From assembly GCA_965249325.1 (NCBI GenBank), contig CBDFLP010000020.1, positions 65,428 to 129,427 of the forward strand: DNA of 64,000 nucleotides, in the 5' to 3' direction. The stretch is from Dehalococcoidia bacterium. Its GTDB lineage: Bacteria; Chloroflexota; Dehalococcoidia; Lucifugimonadales; Australimonadaceae. The notes below the pieces were generated by a model. The model saw only the letters and a program-made list of their open reading frames with translations. It was not told the DNA's origin and made no database searches. Shown here piece by piece: positions 20,426 through 30,382 of this stretch (positions within the stretch are counted from its first letter, which is position 1; each line of letters starts with the position of its first letter). The translations under genes were made by a program, and so were the position numbers.

Positions 20426-21362
20426 TGACCGAATACAGCAGGTCGATTATCAAGTTCACGAAGAGGACCATGCCGATGTTGAACAGGACGAGACCCTGAA
20501 CGACTGCAAAGTCCCGGTTGTTGATGGCTTCCACCATCGATCGGCCCAGCCCCGGTATGTTGAAGATGGTCTCCGCAACCACCGTTCCCGTAAGCAGCGC
20601 GCTCAGGATGCCGCCGAACTGAGTAATGACTGGGAGGATGGCGTTGCGCAGGGCATGGCGGATGAGCACGGCCTGCTGCGACAGCCCCTTGGCGCGGGCC
20701 GTGCGGATGTAGTCCTCACGGAGCACCTCCAGCATCTGCCCGCGTGTCATGCGGATGATGGAAGCGCCGATGGCGAAGGAGATCAGCAGCGCGGGCGGAC
20801 CCAGCATGAGCAGGTTATGCGAAAGCGACTCTAATGGGCTTCTCCATACGAGGGGCGGGATCCAATTGAACAGACGGCTCGACCCGAACAGGAACAGCGT
20901 CCCAAGCCATATGAGAGGAATGCTGAGGCCGAGGATACTGACCACGCGCACCACGTGGTCGGTGACCCGGTCGTGTCGCACGGCCGACAAGATTCCCATC
21001 GGAATCCCGTAGAGAAACACGAGGAATATCGCGATGCCTGCCAGCTCCGCAGTCCGCGGCAGCCGCTCGAAGATGATGTCGCGGACTGGCCTGCCTTGAA
21101 TGATGGAGTCGCCAAACTCGAACCTGACGACGGACCCGAGCCAGTTCAGGTACTGAATCGGAAGCGGATCGTTCAAGCCGTAGCGCTCGCGGACTCTCTC
21201 CGCTGCAGCTTCAGCCTGGCTGCGGCTTCCGACGTCGGTGTCGGCAAGCAACGAGATGGCCACGTCGCCCGGCACCAGCTTCATCAAGGAGAACACGATG
21301 AGCGTGGCCAGCAGGGCTGTTGGAATCATCAACAGCAGCCTGCGAGTTATGTACTTTCTCAC
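20400..21362 (-). CDS. Peptide ABC transporter permease (OppB/DppB-like)
   Basis: N-terminus MRKYITRRLLLMIPTALLATLIVF and loop YIRTARAKGLS, typical of OppB/DppB. Confidence 0.9.
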   Translation of the reverse strand: MRKYITRRLLLMIPTALLATLIVFSLMKLVPGDVAISLLADTDVGSRSQAEAAAERVRERYGLNDPLPIQYLNWLGSVVRFEFGDSIIQGRPVRDIIFERLPRTAELAGIAIFLVFLYGIPMGILSAVRHDRVTDHVVRVVSILGLSIPLIWLGTLFLFGSSRLFNWIPPLVWRSPLESLSHNLLMLGPPALLISFAIGASIIRMTRGQMLEVLREDYIRTARAKGLSQQAVLIRHALRNAILPVITQFGGILSALLTGTVVAETIFNIPGLGRSMVEAINNRDFAVVQGLVLFNIGMVLFVNLIIDLLYSVIDPRIRYS

Positions 21363-21465
21363 GCCACGCCCCTTCCTCGCTGGGGACTGATGTCCCCTTC
21401 CTCAGCGTGTCCTCGCGTCGGAAGGGGACATCTTCAGGTCGCGACCAACCCGGACTGCTCGGGAC

Positions 21466-23274
21466 TTAGCGGCCGGGGGAGTCGTCGGTCAGCCATGTGT
21501 GGTCTTCGACGTCCTCGATATTCGCCATGTGCTTCTTGCCCCGCACCCAGTCCCACACGAGGATGGTTTCCTGTGTCCACAGGACGGGAATCATGGGGTA
21601 CTCGCCATTCTGCAGATGTGTGTCGATCTGTTCGATGAGCGCTGCCCGAGCCGTTGGGTCCGTCGTCGTATTCAGCTGCTCCAACAGAGGTTCGAAGACC
21701 GGGTCCGTATTCCCGGTGTAGTTGCGCTGGCCGTTGGGTGAGACGTACCGGTTCAGTGTGCCGTCAGGGACCATCAGCGGGCTCGCGCCGGCGTAGAACG
21801 CCGCTTCCCACTCTGTGCCTTCCCTCAGCATCTGGACGCCCACGGTGCGGTCGCGGGAGTCGAGCCGCACGTTGAAGCCGAGCTCGCGGAGCTGCGCCGA
21901 GAGCACCTGGTTAGCCTCCAGTTGGTTGCCCTGCGTGTAACGCGCCAGCACCGTGATGTCTATCTGCGACGGGTCCACGCCTGCCGCTGCCAACATCTGG
22001 CGCGCTTCGGCTCGGGCGGCCTCTCGGTCTCCGAATGCCGGGTTGCTCGCCTGCAGGTCATCGAGAGCCGTGCCGAAACCGGAGTGGACGTTGGGGTTGA
22101 TCCACTCCCCGAGGAAGCCGGACCCGTCGTACGCGCGGTCTATGATGTCCTGGCGGTCGAGCCAGAGGTAGATTGCCTTGCGTACCGCGGCGTCGTCGAA
22201 CGGCGGCTTGCGCGTGTTGAGCAAGACGTAGCTGTGCCCAAGCCCCGGCTTCTGGATCAGGTTGACCTCATCTCCGAACCGGCCCTTGATATCCCGCGCT
22301 TGGGTTGGCGAGGCGATTCCTGTCACGTCGATGCGCTTCGTCTCGAAAGCCGCGAGCTGGGCGGCGGGCCCGACGACCGCCACCGTGTGTACGCTGTCGA
22401 GGAACGGGACTCCCTCTTCCCAGTAGTCCTCGTTCCGGACGTACACCATGGACACGTCCCGCTGCCACTGGCTCTGGTCGAAGACGAACGGCCCGGTGCC
22501 GTTGTTGTTGTTGGTGAACCAATCGATGCCCTTGTCGAAGTCGTCCTTCGAGAATACGGGCGCCCAGGTCACCGCGATTTGGTTCAGGAAAATCGGGCTG
22601 GGCGCATTTAGTGTGACCTCCACCGTCAGATCGTCGACGACGCGTGTCTCACTGACATATGGGGCCACGTAGCTCTGACCGGGCGGCGCGAAGTCGCCGG
22701 GATCCATGAAGAAGTCGAAGGTTGCTTTGATGTCCTCGGCGGTCAGGTCCGTGCCGTCGTGGAACTTCACGCCCTCCCGAAGCTCGAAGGTGTACGTTAG
22801 ACCGTCGTCGCTGAGGCTCCAGTCCACCGCCAGCCGCGGCACGACTGAGCCGTCGTAGGCGTACTCGCCTGACTTCCAGTCCAGACCGAACAGGTTGTCA
22901 TGCATCTGGGTGCCGATGTCCTTGTGGGTCGATGGGGCGTTGTCGTGCATCGACAGGTTCTGCAGCACCTGTCCAGCCAGCCGGAGCTGCCCGCCGTACT
23001 GAGGAATCCCATGGTCAGGGAAGACGCCATGCTGCTCTTCCGACGCTGCGGATGGGTAGGGGTTCGGCGTCGCCGTCGCGGCCGGCGGCGAGGTCGGTGT
23101 GGGCGCGGCAGGTTCCGAGGTGCTTGGCGTCGGCTCCGCTCTGGTCGGAGTGGGCGTCGCCGTTGGGTCTTCGCCGTCGCACGCGACAAGCACGCCCGAG
23201 AGCGAAGCGACGCTCAAGACGAGCATTAGGACTGCCAGATAGCGGCCCCTGCGGATCAAGCTCGATGGCTGCAT
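21466..23274 (-). CDS. ABC transporter substrate-binding lipoprotein, family 5 (OppA/DppA-like)
   Basis: Signal peptide with lipobox LVAC, then a Pro/Thr-rich linker and an SBP_bac_5-like body. GGAGG precedes the ATG at 23274. Confidence 0.85.
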   Translation of the reverse strand: MQPSSLIRRGRYLAVLMLVLSVASLSGVLVACDGEDPTATPTPTRAEPTPSTSEPAAPTPTSPPAATATPNPYPSAASEEQHGVFPDHGIPQYGGQLRLAGQVLQNLSMHDNAPSTHKDIGTQMHDNLFGLDWKSGEYAYDGSVVPRLAVDWSLSDDGLTYTFELREGVKFHDGTDLTAEDIKATFDFFMDPGDFAPPGQSYVAPYVSETRVVDDLTVEVTLNAPSPIFLNQIAVTWAPVFSKDDFDKGIDWFTNNNNGTGPFVFDQSQWQRDVSMVYVRNEDYWEEGVPFLDSVHTVAVVGPAAQLAAFETKRIDVTGIASPTQARDIKGRFGDEVNLIQKPGLGHSYVLLNTRKPPFDDAAVRKAIYLWLDRQDIIDRAYDGSGFLGEWINPNVHSGFGTALDDLQASNPAFGDREAARAEARQMLAAAGVDPSQIDITVLARYTQGNQLEANQVLSAQLRELGFNVRLDSRDRTVGVQMLREGTEWEAAFYAGASPLMVPDGTLNRYVSPNGQRNYTGNTDPVFEPLLEQLNTTTDPTARAALIEQIDTHLQNGEYPMIPVLWTQETILVWDWVRGKKHMANIEDVEDHTWLTDDSPGR

Positions 23275-23594
23275 GGATCTTCCTCCATCTGAAACACGAC
23301 AGCAGAGCGCTGCTTCGTGTGCGAATCGTGGCTTCTCTCCCAAGCCAATGACGGGATACTAGCAGTAGATGGCCTATGAGACAAAGGATTAATTCATTCC
23401 CGAGTCACGCGCGGAATTTTCATTCGTGGATCCTTCTTCTCCGAAGGCCTTTGCGTAGCTGCAGAGTGTCTGGATAAGACCGGGGCCATGGCGCGGCCGC
23501 GACGCCCAGCCCGATGACGAGAAGCGCGGGTTTGCCGTTTCGCCAAGGGGGGAGCGTACAATCACGCCAACCGCGGACTGTCCGGAGGAGGACC

Positions 23595-24758
23595 ATGGCG
23601 ACTGACACTGACCGCGACATCATCAGGGCAAAAGAGCCGACGGGAGAGTTGGAGGAGCTTCGGATTGCCGACGCCTACTTGGGGTGGCTCCAGCGGGAAG
23701 GCGTGCGCCTAATCGTGGACTACGCTTTCAACGACCTCAACACGGTCGAGCTTGGCCCCTGGGACCGCAAGGGCGGTTCCGGCGCTGTCATCAACATTCC
23801 CAACGACACCATCCCTAATGACGCGCAGATCGTCGAGATCAGGCCCGGCAGCAGCTCGGAGCCCGAGCATCATATGTACGAAGAGATGATCTACGTGCTC
23901 TCCGGCCGCGGCGCGACGACGCTGTGGCTGGACGAAAGCCGGAAGCAGACCTTCGAGTGGCACGCAGGCAGCCTATTCGCTATCCCCCTGAATGCGTGGT
24001 ACCAGAACTTCAACGCCAGCGGTAGCGAACCGGCCCGCTACATCTCGGTCACCAATGCCCCGCCTGTGATGCGGCTCTTCAAGGACGAAGATTTCATCTT
24101 CAATAACCCCTTCGCCTTCTCTTCCCGCTACTCTGGCGAGGACGACTACTTCAGCGGCAGCGGCAAACTGTTCCAGCGGCGTGTCTGGCAGTCCAACTTC
24201 ATTCCGAACGCGCCCACCATGCCCCTGTACGACTGGAGTTCCCGCGGCGCCGGCGGCATCAACGCTATGCTGGAGATGGCTGGGAACAGCATGAAAGCCC
24301 ACATCTCCGAGTTCCCCGTCGGCACGTACAAGAAGGCCCACCGCCACGGTCCAGGCGCGCACCTCCTGCTTCTCAGCGGCGACGCCGGATACTCGCTCCT
24401 CTGGCAGAAGGAGGACATGTCGGACCTACGCAAGGCTGACTGGAAGCTTGGGGCGATGGTCGTCGTTCCGGGAGAGGGGACGCACCACCAGCACTTCAAC
24501 TCCGGCTCGAAACGGGCGCGCTACCTTGCGCTGCGGGCCGGGAACCATGGCCTGGCCGCCCCCTTCACCGGCGCGCCCGGCGGCGGCGACGTGAGCATGA
24601 AGGAGGGAGGGCGCCAGATCGAATACGAAGACGAGTCACGCCGCATCCACGAGATATTCGAGGCCGAGCTCGCGAAGAATGAGGCGACCTGCCGCATGAA
24701 GGCCTTCGTGCCATGGTGCAACGGCGAGGTCGGCCCAACGTCCTCGCGGGACACATAG
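23595..24758 (+). CDS. Bicupin protein (dioxygenase-like)
   Basis: Two cupin modules (HHMYEEMIYVLSGRG... and HRHGPGAHLLLLSG...GEGTHHQHFN). GGAGGAGG precedes the ATG at 23595. Confidence 0.7.
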   Translation: MATDTDRDIIRAKEPTGELEELRIADAYLGWLQREGVRLIVDYAFNDLNTVELGPWDRKGGSGAVINIPNDTIPNDAQIVEIRPGSSSEPEHHMYEEMIYVLSGRGATTLWLDESRKQTFEWHAGSLFAIPLNAWYQNFNASGSEPARYISVTNAPPVMRLFKDEDFIFNNPFAFSSRYSGEDDYFSGSGKLFQRRVWQSNFIPNAPTMPLYDWSSRGAGGINAMLEMAGNSMKAHISEFPVGTYKKAHRHGPGAHLLLLSGDAGYSLLWQKEDMSDLRKADWKLGAMVVVPGEGTHHQHFNSGSKRARYLALRAGNHGLAAPFTGAPGGGDVSMKEGGRQIEYEDESRRIHEIFEAELAKNEATCRMKAFVPWCNGEVGPTSSRDT

Positions 24759-24895
24759 AGCAATCTCCTTCCCCGGCTGCGGGGGAGGACTGAGGAGGAG
24801 CCCTTGCGGCGGCAGTTGACGACGCAGGGCTACAGGCCTAATCTCGCCTCACACAGAGACGTAGATTCTGGAAACGCGAGCAACAGGAGGTCGCT

Positions 24896-26188
24896 ATGCT
24901 CAGCGCACAGGACAATGAACGGTTGGCCCACGTCGGCCCTGGAACGGAATTGGGGACGCTGATGCGTCGGTATTGGATGCCCTTCCTGCTATCGGAGGAC
25001 ATATCCAGCGCCGACAGTGACCCCGTTCGGGTCAAGCTCTTGGGAGAGAGCCTCGTGGCGTTCAGGAACACCGCCGGTCAGGTGGGCCTGGTCGACCGGC
25101 TCTGCGCCCACCGCAACGCCGACCTCTTCTTCGGGCGCAACGAAGAGCAAGGCCTGCGCTGCACGTACCACGGCTGGAAGTACGACATCGAGGGCAAGTG
25201 CGTGGACATGCCCTCCGAAGCTGCGGACAGCAACTTCAAGGACAAGATTCAGCTCAGGGCCTATCCGGTCAAAGAGCGTGGCGGCGTGCTCTGGACTTAC
25301 ATGGGCCCCAAGGAACAGATGCAGCCCCTGCCGGAGTTCGAGTGGGCCCGCGTCGCCGACGATCACCGCTACGTGTCCTGGAACTTCCAGGAAAACAACT
25401 ACGCTCAGGCCATCGAGGGCGGCATCGACACCGTCCACTCGGTCTACCTGCACAGCGCGATGGACTCGCACCGACGCCTCTCCGACTGGCGGGAGGCGGG
25501 CAAGGGCAGCGGCGACGTGGCGATGATGTACCGAACGCGCGAGAACCCGCCCAAGCTCCAAGCGCTCGAAACCGACTTCGGCCTCATCATCGGCGGCAAG
25601 TACCCCGGCGACGAGGTCCAGGACTACTGGCGGTTCAACCTGTTCTGGATGCCCTTCTACACCGCGCCTCCAGGCGGCGGCAGCCAGAAGATGATGCACG
25701 CCTTCGTCCCTGTTGACGACGTAACAACGGCCCGCTGGTGCTTCTCTTGGAGCACAACCGGCAGGCCGCTCGCGGCCAGGCAGGTCGCCGACCTCCGCAA
25801 GGGACAGGGAGTGCACGCGCAGACCATCCCCGGGACGCACTGGCCGGTCCGCAACAAGCGGAACGACTACCTCATCGACCGTAACGAACAGCGGCACTAC
25901 ACCTTCACAGGCATCAAGGGCACCGGCGAGCAGGACTTCTCCGTTCAGGAAGGAATGGGCGAAGTCTCCGATCGGACTCGCGAGCACCTGGGCGTGACGG
26001 ACATCGGCATCATCGCAATGCGGCGCATGCTGCTCAGGTCGGCCGCAGGCATCAAGGAGGGCGTCGAGCCTCCCTCTGCGTCCAATGCCGACGCCTACCG
26101 CGTCCGTCCCGGCGAAACGATGATTCCCAGCGACGCCGACTGGACCGCCCACGACAACCTCAAGAAGGCAATCGCGGCCACCTACTAG
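24896..26188 (+). CDS. Rieske [2Fe-2S] non-heme-iron oxygenase, alpha-subunit type (paralog of 8151-9431)
   Basis: Rieske motif CAHRNADL...CTYHGW, iron motif DTVHSVYLH, and an AGGAGG RBS. Confidence 0.85.
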   Translation: MLSAQDNERLAHVGPGTELGTLMRRYWMPFLLSEDISSADSDPVRVKLLGESLVAFRNTAGQVGLVDRLCAHRNADLFFGRNEEQGLRCTYHGWKYDIEGKCVDMPSEAADSNFKDKIQLRAYPVKERGGVLWTYMGPKEQMQPLPEFEWARVADDHRYVSWNFQENNYAQAIEGGIDTVHSVYLHSAMDSHRRLSDWREAGKGSGDVAMMYRTRENPPKLQALETDFGLIIGGKYPGDEVQDYWRFNLFWMPFYTAPPGGGSQKMMHAFVPVDDVTTARWCFSWSTTGRPLAARQVADLRKGQGVHAQTIPGTHWPVRNKRNDYLIDRNEQRHYTFTGIKGTGEQDFSVQEGMGEVSDRTREHLGVTDIGIIAMRRMLLRSAAGIKEGVEPPSASNADAYRVRPGETMIPSDADWTAHDNLKKAIAATY

Positions 26189-26216
26189 GCGCTGCGGTCA
26201 TCAGTTGAGGAAAAGA

Positions 26217-26277
26217 GCCCCCAATCCGTTCGCGCTAGCCTATCGAAGGACTTCCGAACGGATTGGGGGCGTTGTTT
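26217..26277. terminator. Bidirectional intrinsic-terminator-like hairpin between convergent genes
   Basis: 16-bp perfect stem GCCCCCAATCCGTTCG / CGAACGGATTGGGGGC. An A-run precedes it and GTTGTTT follows. Confidence 0.6.
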
Positions 26278-26890
26278 AAGAGGCGCTCGCCGGCGTTGGC
26301 GATTCGAGCTTGTATGGAATCATCTCTGGCCCGCCGGCCCTGCCGCGCACCTCGCCGGTCTCCAGGTTGTAGTTGTGCTGCACAGCCTCGCCGGGCCTCT
26401 CGCTCCGCACGATGACGGCGACGCTGCGCTCTCCCACCGTGATCTCCTGATGCGCCTGGAACGGGGGCACGACGTCCACGTCGCCGACCTCGATATGGAA
26501 GCTTCCCTCTTGGACGACCTCCACCGGCTCCTCGTAGTCGTCCCGGGTGCGGCGGTAGCGGTTGATCTCTTCCGTTCCCTGCACGAGGCCGTACAGCGTC
26601 CATATCCGTCCGTGGTCATGGACACTGGAGCGGTGTCCTCCCTCCTTGGCCATCGCGCTGACGATGAAGCCATGGTCGGGGTCCTCGTAGAAGAGGAGAT
26701 TGCCGGTCCGGTCGCGCCCCGAACTTGTCCGGTCCGTTGCGGGCCAGTTTCTCGCGTGCTGCTGCACCGCCGGGTCGGCGACCAGGTCGCGCATCAGCTC
26801 GCCCGTCCTAGTCCAGCGCTCGTCGTCGCTCAGGTCCTGAGCGCACAGCGCGCGCACCTCGGTTACGAATCTCTCTGCCGCTTCGAGCAT
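26276..26890 (-). CDS. Cupin protein, cysteine-dioxygenase-type-I-like
   Basis: SVHDHGRIWTLYGLV...PPFQAHQ cupin core, with AGGAGG before the ATG at 26890. Confidence 0.55.
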   Translation of the reverse strand: MLEAAERFVTEVRALCAQDLSDDERWTRTGELMRDLVADPAVQQHARNWPATDRTSSGRDRTGNLLFYEDPDHGFIVSAMAKEGGHRSSVHDHGRIWTLYGLVQGTEEINRYRRTRDDYEEPVEVVQEGSFHIEVGDVDVVPPFQAHQEITVGERSVAVIVRSERPGEAVQHNYNLETGEVRGRAGGPEMIPYKLESPTPASAS

Positions 26891-26951
26891 TGCCGTCCTC
26901 CTGAGCAACATTTCCCGTTCCCTTGGGGCTAGTGGAGATTCGCCGCCGGTC

Positions 26952-28049
26952 CTAGATGCCGTATAGCGTTCGCGGGTTGTCCCACAGCACCTTGGCCTTC
27001 GCCTCGTCGCTCACGTCGTCCATGTCCATGAACACGCGGATCGCGTTCATCGCGCTGGAGACGTCCGTGTGCCCGTAGTCCGTCCCAATCAGCAGGTTGT
27101 CATCGCCCCCGTGCTTCAACACGAAGGGGATGTCGTCCGATATCTCGCAGGTGACGTAGACGTTGAAATGCTTGAGCACGTTCTCGGGCGGCGGCCCTAG
27201 GTTTCGAGCGATGAACCGTTGCCGCACTTCCCGCACAATCCAGGGGACCCAGTTGGATGAGGCCTCGACGAACCCCCAACGGAGCGTCGGGAAACGCTCC
27301 GGCGCCTCGCTCATCATCAGTATCCCGCAGTGCATGACCGTGGGCACGCGGAACGGTGTGAAGCCTCCGCTCCGGTCGAACGGCGAACGCAGCATCTGCA
27401 GCATCGCGTCGCTGCCGTTCGAGATGTGGATGGCTACGGCGAGGTCGAGCTTCTCGGCTTCCTCGTACAGAGGATAGAAGTAGGGGTCGACCAGCATGCG
27501 GCCGAGCTCCATGGGCCGGAGCGCAATCGCCGCCGCGCCGTGCTCTTTGGCGTAGCGGACCTGCTCGACGGCGGACTGGATGTCTAGGGTCGGCATCACG
27601 GCGCACCACCGCAGGCGGCCGCCGCTCTGATTCCAGACGTCAGCCATCCATCGGTTCCAGCTTCCGCAGAGCGCCACGTCCGCCTCGGGAACGTCCGTCA
27701 CCGGCTCTATCCACATCGTGTTGTGGAGCACCTGCACGTCGATGCCGAGCTCATCCATGTGGCGGAGCCGCTGCGCGACGTCGGACAGCTCGCGGGAGTC
27801 CTGGGTCGAGACTAGGTCGCGCCCGACCTGGCCGGAGAGCTTCCGTAGCTGCTCCTCCGTCGGAACCGCGTTGCGGTGGCCTCTGACCTTCCCGCCGATC
27901 ACCCAGTGCGCCTGGTTGGGGTTGTCAGGGTTCACGAACAACTTGGGCCTGAACCGCTCCTCGTGCGGGAGAAGGTAGTCCCACGTGTGCTCCGACTCGA
28001 TGACATGAGCGTCACTGTCGACGATTCTTGTCTTGGCGAGTGTGGCCAT
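26952..28049 (-). CDS. Amidohydrolase-2 family metal-dependent hydrolase/decarboxylase (ACMSD/LigW-like)
   Basis: N-terminal IVDSDAHVIESEHTWDYL and C-terminal GTDYGHTD motifs. Paralog of 35384-36541. Confidence 0.8.
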   Translation of the reverse strand: MATLAKTRIVDSDAHVIESEHTWDYLLPHEERFRPKLFVNPDNPNQAHWVIGGKVRGHRNAVPTEEQLRKLSGQVGRDLVSTQDSRELSDVAQRLRHMDELGIDVQVLHNTMWIEPVTDVPEADVALCGSWNRWMADVWNQSGGRLRWCAVMPTLDIQSAVEQVRYAKEHGAAAIALRPMELGRMLVDPYFYPLYEEAEKLDLAVAIHISNGSDAMLQMLRSPFDRSGGFTPFRVPTVMHCGILMMSEAPERFPTLRWGFVEASSNWVPWIVREVRQRFIARNLGPPPENVLKHFNVYVTCEISDDIPFVLKHGGDDNLLIGTDYGHTDVSSAMNAIRVFMDMDDVSDEAKAKVLWDNPRTLYGI

Positions 28050-28106
28050 GAGCGTTCCCCTTTGAGGCCTTTGCCTAGCTGCGCGCCAGTCCGTTCGTGA
28101 GATTCA

Positions 28107-28147
28107 ATAGGCCCAGGGCGAGCGGATTGGGAACGCCCTGGGCCTAT
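28107..28147 (-). terminator. Hairpin downstream of the PhtD-like gene
   Basis: 14-bp perfect stem ATAGGCCCAGGGCG / CGCCCTGGGCCTAT. The T-tract on the minus strand is weak. Confidence 0.4.
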
Positions 28148-28177
28148 GCTCTTTCTCCTAAGCTAGTCTCCCGCTCG

Positions 28178-29212
28178 TCAGAGGGTGAGGGTGATGGGCG
28201 CGAACATCTCCTCGATATTGGCTCGCTTCTTTGTCAGCCCCTGCTCATGGGAATAGTCGATGAGGGTGTTCAGCATCGCCTCGTTGGCCTTCACGCCGTA
28301 GGGGTACGGGTCGCTGCCGAACGTCGCTCGCGTTTGCTGCATGTACTCGGGCCCGAAGACTAGGTCGGTGGGCATCCGCTGCCGCAGCGTCCGAACCGCT
28401 AGGTCCTTTGCCTGGACGAAGGCGTTGTAGAGGTTCAGCGCCACCCACGGGTACTCCCGGTATACGTCGCCCCTGATCACGTAGGTGTGGTTCGCCGGGA
28501 TGAACCCATGCTCCTTGAAGAACCTCGAGCCCTCCGCGATCCGGTCGGGGAACAGCGGCTTGATCTTGCTCAGGTCGCCCTGGCCTCGTATCCGCCATGA
28601 GCGGTCGACCAGGTTCGGACCCTGACCGCCGGGCTCGGCGACCGCCGCCGGATTCACCGACGCGACGTCGAGCTTGTTGGCCAGCAGCATCGAAGAGAGG
28701 CTTTCGTCCGGGGGAATTCGTTGGAACGAGATGCCTTCCTGCGGCTCGAAGCCCGTTGCCCCGCCGTGGCTCATCTCCTCCGTCCGCTCCATGAACCAGT
28801 CCACCTTGAATTGGGAGACGCCGTGGTCGTGCTCGATGATGCCGCGCATCCAAAGCGCCGCGGTCTGCTGGTACTCCCCGACCCCGATGCGCTTGCCCAC
28901 CACGTCGCTGGGCTTCTCGATGCCCGAGTCCGTGTGGTAGTGCAGGTTCATGTGCATGAAGCTGCGGTGCGGGAACACGGGAATCGCGATCCAGTCCGCG
29001 CCCTGCTCTCGCGAGATCAGGTACGACGAGATTGACAGCTCGTGCACCTGAAACTCGTGGAAGTTCAGATGGCGCCACGCGCCCTCGGACATTCCCCCTT
29101 CGGTGTGCACCAGTTCGATGCCCTCGGGCTGGACCCGTCCATCGACCAATGACGCCACCCGGTCGCTTACGGAAGTCATGAAGCTGAGTCGAAGTTTCGG
29201 CTTACTGACCAT
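28178..29212 (-). CDS. 4,5-dihydroxyphthalate-decarboxylase-like (PhtD / NMT1-fold) protein
   Basis: N-terminus KLRLSF...SDRVASLVDGRVQPEGIEL...EFQVHELSISSYL matches the PhtD-type pattern. Confidence 0.6.
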   Translation of the reverse strand: MVSKPKLRLSFMTSVSDRVASLVDGRVQPEGIELVHTEGGMSEGAWRHLNFHEFQVHELSISSYLISREQGADWIAIPVFPHRSFMHMNLHYHTDSGIEKPSDVVGKRIGVGEYQQTAALWMRGIIEHDHGVSQFKVDWFMERTEEMSHGGATGFEPQEGISFQRIPPDESLSSMLLANKLDVASVNPAAVAEPGGQGPNLVDRSWRIRGQGDLSKIKPLFPDRIAEGSRFFKEHGFIPANHTYVIRGDVYREYPWVALNLYNAFVQAKDLAVRTLRQRMPTDLVFGPEYMQQTRATFGSDPYPYGVKANEAMLNTLIDYSHEQGLTKKRANIEEMFAPITLTL

Positions 29213-29241
29213 TGCTCTCCTCCTGTTGTGTCCGTCTTTCC

Positions 29242-29269
29242 GTCATCCCCGCGCCGGAGAAATCTCGCC
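29242..29269. repeat. REP-like hairpin repeat, degenerate copy
   Basis: GTCATCCCCGCGCCGGAGAAATCTCGCC lies in the 100-nt gap between the PhtD-like and LigB-like genes. Confidence 0.5.
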
Positions 29270-29313
29270 CTTGCTCCTTCTCCCGTCCGCGAGGGAGGGG
29301 ATGGCGCAAGGGG

Positions 29314-30312
29314 CTAGACCCACTCGGCGAATCCCATGGCGCAGCCGTTTCCTGCCTCTGTCCGGTAGCAGGGAACGTAGTCCACCATGTCCATCGTGAG
29401 GCCGCCGTTCGACATCGCGCCCGCGAGCGCGATCCAGTTCTTGATCTCAGAGGTGCCGACGCGGAAGCGCGCGTCGGGGTAGTCCGTGAGCTTCGCGACA
29501 TCGTCGTGCTTCAAGCCCTCGATGATCCTCGCGTCCAGGTCCTCTTCGATGACCGTGTGGCTCAGGCCGCCCGAGGCGAAGATGGCGACGCGCTTGTCCG
29601 TGTCCCACTCCTCGATCGCCTTGCGGAGGGTCTGGCCGAACCTGTAGCAGCGTGCCGCTTTGGGCGCGTTCGGTGGGTAGTAGGTGTTGACCAGCACCGG
29701 CACGTTCGGCGTCACCACGTTGTTCATCAGCCGCCGGTAGACGTAGTAGAAGGCGTGGCCGATGGCCCCCTCGCCGTCGCGGCCCGGCGGGAGCTTGCTC
29801 GACCGGGCGACGTCGAACTCGTTCTCGATGAACGTCTCGATGAGGTACTCGCCGAGCGCCGCGTCGGTCGGATGGGTCACCCGCGCGGCAGGCCGCCTTG
29901 CAAACGCCGGGTCGCTCAGGTCGGCGCGGGCTCCTCCGGGGTTGGGCGCGTCGTCCACGCCGCCGCCGTAGTAGATGGACAGCGCGGGCATGTTCTCATC
30001 GCTGAACGACTCTTTCTGATCGTCGCCGAGGATGATGCACACGTCGGGAGCTATGTCGGCGACCGTCTGCTCCAGGTGCGTGATGGCGGTCTGACACGCA
30101 TCCCAGCGGGTCTTGAACTTCTCTTCGGTGCACTCCTTCTCGAAGTGGTCGCCCGCCCGGAGCTCCGCGAGCTCTCCGAAGGAGTAGGTCTTGCCCTCGA
30201 ACCAGTGGACTGGCTGAGAGCGGCCCCGGTCTCCATAGGTGCGCCATGTTTCAGGCGGCATTTCCAACTGCGGCGCATGAGAGGACGCCATTCCAAGAAC
30301 GATTTGTGCCAT
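29314..30312 (-). CDS. Class III extradiol ring-cleavage dioxygenase, LigB family
   Basis: MASSHAPQ, ASGGLSH and GTSEIKNWI motifs, with GGAGG before the ATG at 30312. Confidence 0.8.
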   Translation of the reverse strand: MAQIVLGMASSHAPQLEMPPETWRTYGDRGRSQPVHWFEGKTYSFGELAELRAGDHFEKECTEEKFKTRWDACQTAITHLEQTVADIAPDVCIILGDDQKESFSDENMPALSIYYGGGVDDAPNPGGARADLSDPAFARRPAARVTHPTDAALGEYLIETFIENEFDVARSSKLPPGRDGEGAIGHAFYYVYRRLMNNVVTPNVPVLVNTYYPPNAPKAARCYRFGQTLRKAIEEWDTDKRVAIFASGGLSHTVIEEDLDARIIEGLKHDDVAKLTDYPDARFRVGTSEIKNWIALAGAMSNGGLTMDMVDYVPCYRTEAGNGCAMGFAEWV

Positions 30313-30382
30313 GTTGAACCTCCGGTCGGTCCGTATGGGCCGCAGTCTACACCTACGCGCCAACCCCTGCGCCTTCTTCTGC

